48,837 nt of DNA from Chrysochromulina tobinii (Eukaryota). The DNA lies in assembly GCA_001275005.1 (NCBI GenBank), contig JWZX01003356.1, positions 1 to 48,837 of the forward strand, read 5' to 3'. The translations under genes were made by a program, and so were the position numbers. Each line of letters starts with the position of its first letter. Within the stretch, counting starts at the first letter, position 1. Below the pieces are notes generated by a model, which had not been told where the DNA came from, searched no databases, and worked only from the letters and a program-made list of their open reading frames with translations. Positions 39,322 through 48,837 of this stretch are shown piece after piece.

Positions 39322-42300
39322 ATGTTTGCGTTGCGTGGAGACGACGACAACGCGCTGGAGGAGACAGTCAAGGCGCTCATATTTGCGGTGGAAAATGACG
39401 ACGCCGATGGTGTGGTGCAGCACATCGCCGGGGCATACGCGACCGATGAGAACGGGCAGACGCCGTTTCTTCTCGCAGTCATGATGGGGAAGGTGGCAGC
39501 GCTGCGGGCGTTCCTCGATGAGGGCGTGGAGGTCGACGGCACGCAACACGACCCAAAGAAGGGCACGGCTCTCGGGTTCGCGAGCAGGAAAGGGAACACC
39601 GAGTGCGCCAAGTTGCTACTCGAACGCAAGGCCGACCCCAACTACGTGGACGAGGACCGGTGTAGCCCGATGTGGTGGGCCGCCAACGTGAGTCGGCCAA
39701 CGTCCGAACTTGTGCTCCAAACCCTCCTCGACGGCAACGCCGACCCGAACCTCGCGGACAAGCAGGGCGTCACGCCCATCCTGCTGGCGTATCGGAAGAG
39801 AGGCAAGAAGACTTTCCAGTTTCTGCTGGCCGCCGACGGCGTCGACCTGACCATCGTCGACGCCAAGGGCGTGGGCCTGCTGTTGAATGCCAGCGACAAC
39901 GGCGACGCGAGCGTGCTCCTCCACTGCTTGAGCGCCGGTGCGGACCCGTCGCGGCCCGCCGCTGACGGCACCACACCCCTCGAGCTCGCTCGGGATCGCG
40001 CCCACGTCGCCGCGACCGCCATCCTGCGGATCGCCACCGGCGACGCCGAGCTCCATGATCCGCTCACGCCTGACGAGCTGCGCGCCGTGGCCGACGAGGG
40101 CATGCTCGAGGCGGCCCTTCCGGTCGCCTTCTCCAAGTCCATCTTGCGCTCTCTTGAGTGTGCGGCGATGCTCACCGCCGGTTTCCGCTCGAGCGCGTAT
40201 GAGGTCCGAGGACTCGACATGGAGAGCGGCGATCGGCTCATCGGGCAGTGCCTCAAGGCGCAGCAGTGCGTCGTGGGTCTGCTGCGTGCCCTCGACCCGC
40301 AGTGCGTGCAGCGGCTGCTGCACAGCCCGCGCGCCACCGAGGCGATCGAGGCGCTTGTGCTTGCCGAGTGCAAGACGACCCTCTCAGACAAGGTGTTGCA
40401 GGAGGCCATCCATGCACGATGGAGCATCGTCATGCCCCTCAGCCTCGCCGACGCGCTCGTGATTGCGCTGCGTGCGCTCTGGCACCTGGGCGTGCTCGCC
40501 GTCTACCCGCCGTACCAGAAAGTGCTCGAGACAGCGCTCGTAGCGGAGCAGGCGGACGCACGCCGGCGGGTGGAGGAGGAGCATCCGGAGCCCGATTGGG
40601 AGCAGCTGCGCGACGAGCACGGCGGCGACATGAACGCCGACGTGTCGCTCAAGGTAGGGGGCAAGATGGTGAGCTCGTGCACGGTGCGTGACCTGAAGCT
40701 CGAGTCACACGCCGGCAAGGACGCGCTCAAAAAGTTTCGTGAGCGGCGTGCGGCCCTCGCCACCGAGCATGCGCACCTCGTGCGCCGCCACTACTTGATC
40801 CTTCGGCCGGAGGCCACGTTCTACTCGAACCTGCTCACGCAGCTCGCGCTTGGGGTGTGGCTCGTCGTGCTGCCCGTCAAGGACGCCCCCATCCAGAGCG
40901 CCGCCCTCTTTGCGGCCATGGCGCAGTTCCTCGCTCGCGAGCTGTTCGGACTGACCAGTGTGCGAGGCCGACGGATGTGGCTGGCAGATCCGTTGAATTG
41001 GCTCGAGCTCGGTGCGTACTCCTTCGCGACGCTCTCCCTCAGCCTTCGTCTGGAGCTCGGGAGATTGCCCGAGCTCGAGCGGGTCGACGAGGCGGCGCTG
41101 CAGGCCACATCCGTCCTCCTGCTCTTCACGGGTATCGGCTTCCGCTTCCTACAGCGTGACCAGAAGCGAGGGCCACTCGTCATGATGACCGTCCAGATGA
41201 TGCGCGACGTCCTTAACTTCCTCGTCCTCTTCGCGAGCATCCTCGTGGCCTTTGCGGCCGCATTCCTCGTGCTCTTCAAGGGGCTTGAGGCCGGGGGCCT
41301 CGGCGAGGACTGCGCCGTCTTCGACTCCGACGGCGGCGGCGGACTGGAGGAGGACGACGTCCCTTCCTTGGACCGATCTTGGGGCCCCGATTTTGGAGAC
41401 GCTGCATCTTGGGTGATCGAGGAATCAGTCGAGGAACGCACTCGTGAGAAGAGGAGACGCCTGCACGTCGGCGACGAAGATGAGGGGCGGCGCGTTGGCA
41501 TGCTCTGGCACGTGGGCGTCTCGGTGGTGGCGCTCTTTGAGATCATGCTGGGCAGCGACAACCCCATCGGCTGCCTGCGCGCTTCGACGCAGCCCATCAC
41601 GGCGCCCGCCTTCATGATCGCCTACCTGGTCGTCGCGGTACTGCTCGGGACGAATATGCTGATCGCGCTCATGGCTAAGACGTTCGACCTGATCCACGAG
41701 CAGCAGATGCCCAACTTCATGTACCTCTCGACGCTCCTGTACTTGGTCTGGTCTGACGAGTCGCCCGTGCCGGCGCCGCTGCTGCTGCTCCGCATCGTGT
41801 TCTACGACCTCGGCCGCTTGGCGGCGTTCGCGGCGTGGGTCTTGTCACAGGCGTGCGCCTGGCTCTGCTGGCGTCGCGGTAGCGGGGACGGGCGCGGGTA
41901 CCTGAAGGTCGACGAGACGAAGGATGCGGCGACGGGCGTGTCCGCGCTGCAGAGCAAGGCGGAGGCGGAAGCGGCGGCGGCGGCAACGGAGGCGGAGGCG
42001 GCGGGGAAGGCTGCAGCGGAGGCGGCGGAGGCGGCGGAGGCGGCGGAGGCGGCGGCGGAGGATGCGGAGGACGCGCGGATCCTCGGATTCGGCCTCAAGT
42101 GGGAAATGGTCGGCAAAGGCGAGAAGGCGAAGCCGACGACCGGCACCGAGCTGCACAATGAAGCGCTCGCCAGGGCGCTCGGGGGCACCAACCAGAGCGC
42201 CGAGGCAGGAAATGTGACGGGCAAGCTCGAATTTACTCCGACTGAGTTGAGCGCGTTTGAGCTGCACGGGCTGCGAGCGGACAGCTTCGTCTCGTTCGAA

Positions 42301-43103
42301 TCTGCCGGAGGTGGAGGTGGTGGAGGAGTTGGTGGAGGAGTTGGTGGAGGAGGCGGAGGCGGAGGAGGCGGAGGAGGCGGAGGAGGAGGTGGGGGGGGAG
42401 GAAGGACCAACAAGGGAAGCGTGGGGACAACCATCTACTTCCGCCCCCTCGCCGTCGTGCCGCCAGTACCAGTGCTCAAGGAGGCCATGGAGGAGTACCT
42501 CAAGTCATGCGAGGGCGCACAGGGCGAGGACGACAAGTGGCGCTCGAATATGTTGAAGCAAGGGAGCCGGATCGCGGCCCAGGTGGATGAGCGTTCAAGG
42601 ACGAGATCAACGATGGCCTCGGATTGCCCCAGCTCTGATGGCATGCTGATTGCCTCCCTCATCAGGTGGATGAAGTCAAGGAAGAGCTCAACGCCGAGGT
42701 CACGGCGCATGTGGCCGAGATCAAGGCGCAGCTCGCGGAGGTCAAGGCGCAGATGGGCAGGGGCGAGGGGAGGGTGGAGGAGATGATGGAGCTGCTAGAG
42801 CACAAGCTCAACAAACAGTCGCAGCAGCTCGCGCAGATGGCGCAGAGGGAGCAGCAGCAGCTCGCTCTCATCCTGTCCAAATTAGGCATTGACGCGCCGC
42901 CCGCCACCTCGTACAAATCGTCCCCCGCCGCCTCCACGACGAGCGCCTCGTTCAAATCGCCCCCCGTGACGCCTCCTCCAGAATGGGAGCCCACGATGAT
43001 CTTGGCAGAGCCTGCAGGCAGCACCAGCTCCAGCAGCCCTCGCCCGAGCCCCCGGCGCCTCATGCCGTCGCTGTCGCGGCCCAAGCTGGGCCCGGTCGAT
43101 TGA
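39322..43103 (+). CDS. Ankyrin-repeat TRP-like cation channel (2 exons, ~1232 aa)
   Basis: N-terminal ankyrin repeats (GQTPFLLAV, GTALGFAS..G..ECAKLLLE..ADPN, GVTPILLA, GTTPLELA). Channel motifs WLADPLNWLE, GPLVMMTVQMMRDVLNFL, LLGTNMLIALMAKTF and PVPAPL. Intron 42583-42665; C-terminal coiled coil. Confidence 0.88.
42088..42450 (+). other. Second copy of the unrecognised domain, in the TRP C-terminal tail, with a poly-Gly insertion
   Basis: FGLKWEMVGKGEKAKPTTGTELHNEALARAL..GKLEFTPTELSAFELHGLRADSFVSFES(poly-G)..TIYFRPL. Confidence 0.75.
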
Positions 43104-43534
43104 GCGCCGTGCCGAGCATGCGCCGTGCCCCTCGTGCATGTTGCAGCTCTTCCAACGTATACTTCGACCACGTGTAGGTTGGGTCGTGGTCCGACCATGT
43201 GTGTGCACCCAGCATCATGACCGGAGGCGTCAGAAGAACTTGAACTAAGTCCCAACTCCCAAGTGCTGTAGCGTGGACGGGAGAGACAGTGTGGCCGGTC
43301 TAGTGTGTGAGTGTGAGCGCATTTTGTTTAGTAAGCATTTAGAGGAAAGAGGTGCGGGACCCGGGATACGGCCGAGGCGCGCGAGTCGAGGGCGAAACAT
43401 GAGGCGAAAGCGCGAGGGGTGCGGCGGGTGGCGGCGCGCGGGGTGCACACGTCGCCATCATGCACGAAAACGCACGATGAGTCAGCCTCCCACTTTTGAG
43501 TCAGCGGCCGCACGCTCGCCTTCCTCTTGCCCTC

Positions 43535-44710
43535 CTATGAATCGATGTGCGTCTCCATCAAACAAGAGTGAGTTCTGGCTTGCGTAAAGCGCGAGAGCCG
43601 CGCGTTGCGCATTCGCTCGCGCTCTGTCTCTGCAGCTGCCACATCCACGCTACCACGCTCCTCTCGAGGGAGGGCGATAGCGCACGAAGGAGCACTCGCA
43701 ACCTCGTCGTCGCTGTTGAGTACGATCGCCTCTGTCGAGCTCGCGCCGCGCACCGCCGGCCGTTGGCTCGCGTGATCTTGGCGAGTCTCCTGCAAGCTGA
43801 GGGCGATGGCGCGCTGCAGCTCCACCTCCTCCTGCTCGTGCGCCGCAAGGTCACCCGAGGACGCCATGAAGGTCGCCACTGGGGGCTCGTCTCGCGCACG
43901 CTTTCGCGAGGTACGTGACGCGTCACTTGAGGCGGCAGGCGGCAGCGAGGCGGGGGAGGCAACGCTCTGCGAGGCGCTCGAGGCGGCGCTCTGTGAGGCG
44001 CTCTGGCCGGTGGCAGTGGCGGCGCACTTGGTGGGGCTACCAGTACCCTTGCCCTTTATGCCCAGCACGAGAGGAGGGCTGCTCGTGCCTGCAAACATCG
44101 CCGCTGTGATGACACGCGTGGCTGCAAGGGTCGCTTCAACGGTTGGTGGCGTCTCGAGCCAGCGATGAGCCGCAGCGGCATCAAGTACGAGTGGGCAGCG
44201 GGTGGGCACACCATACTGCGCCTGTGGCACCGCACGCTCGCGAAGGAGCGGCACGGAGCATGAATTGGTCGTCAGGAGGATAAATTTGTCCTGGAGGAAC
44301 AGGGCGGCGAGGAAGAAGAGGCCATCGTCGGACCGCCGGCATGTGACGCCCTCTGCAAAGGCGGTCACGGCAACAGCGCACAGGTTGCCCTTTTCCATCG
44401 CCGCTCGCCAATTCTTGCGCCCTACCCACTCGTCATCATCGAGCCAGATGGTGTGGGTGCTGAGGCTCTGTATGCCCCATTTGAGCGTAACCATTAGAAG
44501 AGCAGCGCCGTCATTCTCCTTCACCAGGCATGGCCAGCCCTCCACACCGCGAACGCCTGTTGGGTTGCGCTTGGTCCTCTCCTCGCAGCTCTTGGAACCG
44601 ACGTGGTACTCCGAAGGAGCTTTCGTGTCGGGTGGCAGTAATACACCGGCACGCACACAAGCGCCGACGATGGATGACGCTGGGATCGAGATTGCTGCAC
44701 GCCCGCACAT
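43535..44710 (-). CDS. SRAP (HMCES/YedK-like) domain protein with UIM, SIM-like and VBM-like motifs
   Basis: Starts MCGR at 44710; LKWGI, CAVAVTAFAEG, FLAALF, FILLTT, RCPLVL....RWL; then EEVELQRAIALSLQE (UIM), IVLNSDDE and ERMRNARLSRF. Confidence 0.78.
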   Translation of the reverse strand: MCGRAAISIPASSIVGACVRAGVLLPPDTKAPSEYHVGSKSCEERTKRNPTGVRGVEGWPCLVKENDGAALLMVTLKWGIQSLSTHTIWLDDDEWVGRKNWRAAMEKGNLCAVAVTAFAEGVTCRRSDDGLFFLAALFLQDKFILLTTNSCSVPLLRERAVPQAQYGVPTRCPLVLDAAAAHRWLETPPTVEATLAATRVITAAMFAGTSSPPLVLGIKGKGTGSPTKCAATATGQSASQSAASSASQSVASPASLPPAASSDASRTSRKRARDEPPVATFMASSGDLAAHEQEEVELQRAIALSLQETRQDHASQRPAVRGASSTEAIVLNSDDEVASAPSCAIALPREERGSVDVAAAETERERMRNARLSRFTQARTHSCLMETHIDS

Positions 44711-45004
44711 GAAAACTTGCTTTGGTCTTCTCCTTGTATGAAAATTCATACGCGGCGCGCATGCATTCGTATGTTTCGAAAAGCGTTTGGATCTTCCATT
44801 TGCGCCCCACAGTTCACTTTAGTTCAGTTCATTTGCGCCCCACAAGCATCAGCGCGTGCAAGCCCCCGGATGGCCTAGCACACTGCTTACAATTCTTCGG
44901 GCCCGGTGTGAGTGAGGATTCATGTGACTCACTTGATCTAGACTCACTCCGCCCATGAGCATGTTTCGCCATTCCGCATTCGGTGTTGTATCGGTGTTGT
45001 GGGT

Positions 45005-47978
45005 TTAAACCACCCGTGCCATCACCCATTGCTGGACGGGCTCGCGACAGTACGGACAGATCTTCATGTTGGCCGCGCAGCGCTCGCACGCGAGCAGATG
45101 GCCGCACGGCACCGCAAGGTGCGACTTGGACCCCACCATGCACACGATGCACGTGGTCTGGCCACCGATGGTCGATTCGGGCGCCTCGTCGTGCACACGG
45201 CCGGTGATGTTGCCCACGTCGGCGAGCGTCAGATGCCTCTCCGCTGGCATCAAACCTGCAGCCGGTGCTGGGGCCGTTGGCAGCTCAGGGACAGGGGTCG
45301 GAGGATGCACGGTAGTCAGGCCGCGCCCACCACGCTCTCCACGCCCTCCACGCCCCCCTCGCCCCCCTCGCCCGCCGCGGCCAGCGCTTTCTGCCACAGC
45401 CAGCGCCGCTGCGCGCTCTACCTCCGCGTGCTCCACCTCCGCCCTCTGCACCGCCGCCCTCTCCGCATCCGCCCTTTGCACCGCCAAGCGCTGAGCCTCT
45501 GCGTCAGCCTCGTTGGCCTCCGCCTGAGACCTGGCTGCCCGCGCTGCCTCCGCCTTGGCGGCCTCGTGCGCTGCCGCCCGTGCCGCCGCCTCTTCGGCCA
45601 CCTTCACACCTGCCGCCTCTTCGGCCACCTTCACACCTGCCGCCTCTTCGGCCACCTTCACCACCTGCTCAGCCGGCGCCTGCTGAGACGCCGAAGCCGC
45701 GGCCCCAGCGGCCGTCTCCGCGGCTGCCGCCTCTGCTGCAGCGGTCGCCTTTACGCCCTCCTCCTCGATCTTCTCTTCTGCCACCAAATCCGCTTCTGTC
45801 GGCTCTAACGGCGGCGCCGACAAGCTGGTGGCCGCCTCGCCTGCTGCTGTCGTCGCCACTTTACCCTTCTTTTTCGCCTTCTTCTTTGCCTTCTTTGACG
45901 CCTTTTCGGCTCTCGCTTCCTCCTCAGCGATCAGGCTTGCCATCATCGCGTCGGCGCGTGCCTGCTCGTCCTCGCGTGAGAGGCCGCCTCGAGCGCCGTC
46001 AGCCACGACGGGACGCGCCAACTGCACTGGACGCTGCTGCGGCGCAAGATGAGGTGCTGTGCTGGGTCGCAGCCATGTTTCCAAGTTGGCGCTGCGCCTC
46101 GGCAAAACCCTGGTGCGCAGCGAGCTTCAACAGCGCCGCGACATGATCGCCCTGGTCCGCAGCGAGCTTGAACAGTGCCGCAGCCCGCTTGTCATCTTGA
46201 GCAACACCACGTCCATCAAGGTGCATGCATCCAAGATTGCACTGCGCCGCGGCATCGCCCTGGTCCGCAGCGAGCTTCAACAGCGCCGCAGCCCGCTTGT
46301 CATCTTGAGCAACACCACGTCCATCAAGGTGCATGCATCCAAGATTGCACTGTGCCGCGGCAAAACCCTGGTCCACAGCGAGCTTCAACAGCGCCGCAGC
46401 CCGCGCATAATCTTGGGCCACACCGAGTCCGTCACGGTGCATGACTCCAAGATTGCACTGCGCCGCGGCATCGCCCTGGTCCGCAGCGAGCTTGAACAGC
46501 GCCGCAGCCCGCTTGTCATCTTGGGCAACACCACGTCCATCACGGTGCATGCGTGCAAGCAAGCACTGCGCCGCGGCATCGCCCTGGTCCGCAGCGAGTT
46601 TGAACAGCGCCGCAGCCCGCTTATCATCTTGGGCCACACCCCGTCCGTCCCAGTACATGCGTGCAAGCCCGCACTGCGCCGCGGCATAGCCCTGGTCCGC
46701 AGCGAGCTTGAAAAGCTCTGCGGCCCGTTTGTAATCTTGAGCAACACCGCGTCCGTCAAGGTGCATGCATCCAAGATTGCACTGTGCTGATGCAAAACTC
46801 TGGTCCGCAGCGAGCTTGAACAGCTCTGCGGCCCGTTTGTAATCTTTGGCCACTCCGTCATGGTGCATGACTCCAAGATTGCACTGCGCCGCGGCATCGC
46901 CCTGGTCCGCAGCGAGCTTGAACAGCGCCGCAGCCCGCTTGTCATCTTGGGCCACTCCGCGTCCGTCACGGTGCATGCATCCAAGTTCAAACTGCGCCAC
47001 GGCATCGCCCTGGTCCGCAGCGAGCTTGAACAGTGCCGCAGCCCGCTTGTCATCTTGGGCCACACCGTGTCCATCACGGTGCATGCGTGCAAGCTCGCAC
47101 TGCGCCGCGGCATCGCCCTGGTCCGCAGCGAGCTTGAACAGCGCCGCAGCCCGCGTATCATCTTGGGCCACACCGCGTACGACAAGGTGCATGCATCCAA
47201 GTGAGCACTGCGCCGCGGCATTGCCCTGGTCCGCAGCGAGCTTGAGCAGCGCCGCAGCCCGCTTGTCATCTTGGGCCACACCGCGTCCATCACGGTGCAT
47301 GCATCCAAGACTGCACTGCGCCGTGGCATCGCCCTGGTCCGCAGCGAGTTTGAACAGCGCCGCAGCCCTCTTATAATCTTGGGCCACACCCCGTCCGTCC
47401 CAGTACATGCTTGCAAGCCCGCACTGCGCCGCGGCATTGCCCTGGTCCCCAGCGAGCTTGAACAGCTCTGCGGCCCGTTTGTAATCTTGGGCCACACCGC
47501 GCCCGTCACGGTGCATGGCTCCAAGACAGCAATGTGCTGCTGCAAAACCCTGGTCCGCAGCGAGCTTCAACAGCGCCGCAGCCCGCGTATCATCTTGGGC
47601 CACACCGAGTCCGACAAGGTGCATGCATCCAAGTGAGCACTGCGCCGCGGCATCGCCCTGGTCCGCAGCGAGCTTGAACAGCGCCGCAGCCCGCTTGTCA
47701 TCTTGGGCCACACCGTGTCCATCACGGTGCTTGCGTGCAAGCCCGCACTGCGCCGCGGCATCGCCTTTGTCTGCTGCTAGCTTGAACAGCTCTGCAGCGC
47801 TTTTGTAATCTTTGGCCACACCTCGTCCGTCAGGTGCTGGCGATCGTACGAGTACGAAACCTGGAGGAACGTCACCCAGGTGGCGAGATTGTGGATTCTC
47901 GTCGTTCGCGTTGAAGAGAGCGAGCGTGGCGGCGTCGCTCGACTGCAGGCTGGACCCGACCGTGGAAGATGACAACAT
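45005..47978 (-). CDS. Sel1-like repeat protein probably joined to a coiled-coil/RING (C3HC4) C-terminus across a frameshift
   Basis: ORF 48131-45999 has ~16 36-aa Sel1 repeats. Overlapping ORF 46105-45005 has ADAMMASLIAEEE, KKAKKK, an Ala/Glu-rich helix, RGG repeats and CIVC..PCGH..CERC..CPYCR. Join near 46000-46080 and the start codon are inferred. Confidence 0.75.
45585..45661 (-). repeat. Coding 27-bp tandem repeat x3 (VKVAEEAAG)
   Basis: gccgcctcttcggccaccttcacacct at 45585, 45612 and 45639. Confidence 0.9.
46086..47830 (-). repeat. Coding tandem array of ~16 x 108-bp near-identical Sel1 units
   Basis: Recurrent ccctggtccgcagcgagcttgaacagcgccgcagcccgcttgtcatcttgggccac at 108-bp spacing; one unit is 6 bp shorter and the last is truncated. 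Confidence 0.95.
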
Positions 47979-48206
47979 TTCAGCTAGGGCTCTATTTACA
48001 TGTAGTACTTTCTCGACAACATGCATGCATCCATCAAAGTACAAGAGACGAAGGATGTGGCACGAGGCTGTATACCCCCAACACGATACATACTGGCCGC
48101 CCAAGTCTCCTTTTATATTCATGTACCTCAACGGCTGAAACGTGCAAAGATCTGTTTTTTACGCTGCGGTGCGCGACACGACTGTGGCACTCAGGCATTG
48201 TCCTGC

Positions 48207-48837
48207 TTACGTAATGCCCTGATCGAAGACCACAGCCGAAGGCTTGTTAGCCACCGCGGCGCCACGAACCGCCTGCGAGCCGGGGGCGGTGGCCGTCGCG
48301 GCGGTGGCGGTGTTGCCGCTGTGTGCGGCGGCCGTTGGCGCGTTGCGGTGAGCGCGGCGGGAGACGCGGCCGCGCCAGCGCGCCTGCACGCTCGCGGCCG
48401 CCAGATGGCGGATGTGATCCGCGAGCCACACTTCGTCGGTTGAGCACAGGATCGCCTCGCGCAGCCGCTGGTGCCAGTGATGCGATGCGGCCGCCGAGGA
48501 CGCCGCGAATGCCAACTGCAGCCCCAGCTCGTCTGAGCTCAGGCAAAAGGAATGCTCTCTCCCTACGAGCGATTCGACGGCCGAGAGCACGGCCGTGCGC
48601 AGGCTGAGCTCGATCGCGCTGCCGTGAGCGCTGCCGCTGCCCTCGCCACCTTCTTCGGTGCCGAGACGCAGGACAGCCGAGCAGTACAGTCGATCGCGCG
48701 GCGCGGCGCACAGCAGCTCGAGTCGACGAGCCTTCCACAGAGGCGGCCTGAAAGAGCCGAGCTGCGTCACGACCTCGAGTGTGCCGCGTAGCACGAGTCC
48801 AAAGCCGAGGGGTGGGGGGGGGCGGCTGCCGCCGCCG
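48207..48837 (-). CDS. 3' part of a PH-domain plus IQ-motif protein (runs off the window)
   Basis: LRGTLEV..LWKARRLEL..HSFCL..LAFAASSAAASHHWHQRLREAI (PH-like, with the C-terminal helix Trp) followed by AAASVQARWRGRVSRR (IQ). Confidence 0.65.
   Translation of the reverse strand, partial: GGGSRPPPPLGFGLVLRGTLEVVTQLGSFRPPLWKARRLELLCAAPRDRLYCSAVLRLGTEEGGEGSGSAHGSAIELSLRTAVLSAVESLVGREHSFCLSSDELGLQLAFAASSAAASHHWHQRLREAILCSTDEVWLADHIRHLAAASVQARWRGRVSRRAHRNAPTAAAHSGNTATAATATAPGSQAVRGAAVANKPSAVVFDQGIT

Noticed and set aside
38988..39398. 136-aa ORF upstream of the TRP gene
   Set aside because: No domain signal and atypical composition; a small upstream exon cannot be excluded.
42583..42786. C-terminus of the 1154-aa ORF as given
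   Set aside because: It reads through intron 42583-42665; the spliced frame continues to 43103 as a coiled coil.

Overview
Gene-dense, GC-rich eukaryotic nuclear DNA with spliceosomal GT-AG introns. The organism is probably a haptophyte alga (Chrysochromulina-like); this is an inference from intron style and gene content. Sixteen protein-coding genes are supported: V-ATPase B, ATG101, a Hef/Mom-like GNAT fused to a degenerate AlkB domain, a 3574-aa ARM-repeat/CAP-Gly protein, kinesin-13, a homeobox(-PAS) factor, prolyl oligopeptidase, purple acid phosphatase, a membrane-anchored zeta-toxin-like kinase, an SLC18B1-like MFS transporter, a divergent kinesin, NDUFA12, an ankyrin-TRP channel, a SRAP/HMCES-like protein, a Sel1-repeat/RING protein and a partial PH-IQ gene. 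Highlights: (1) the GNAT-AlkB fusion, a candidate nucleic-acid base-modification writer/reader; (2) an unrecognised ~60-aa domain inserted in frame in two unrelated proteins; (3) introner-like introns with shared 3' ends and flanking direct repeats; (4) a position-specifically variable Sel1 array linked to a RING finger. Several single-base frameshifts look like long-read assembly errors. All assignments come from motif recognition by eye; no searches were run. No rRNA, tRNA or CRISPR array was recognised.
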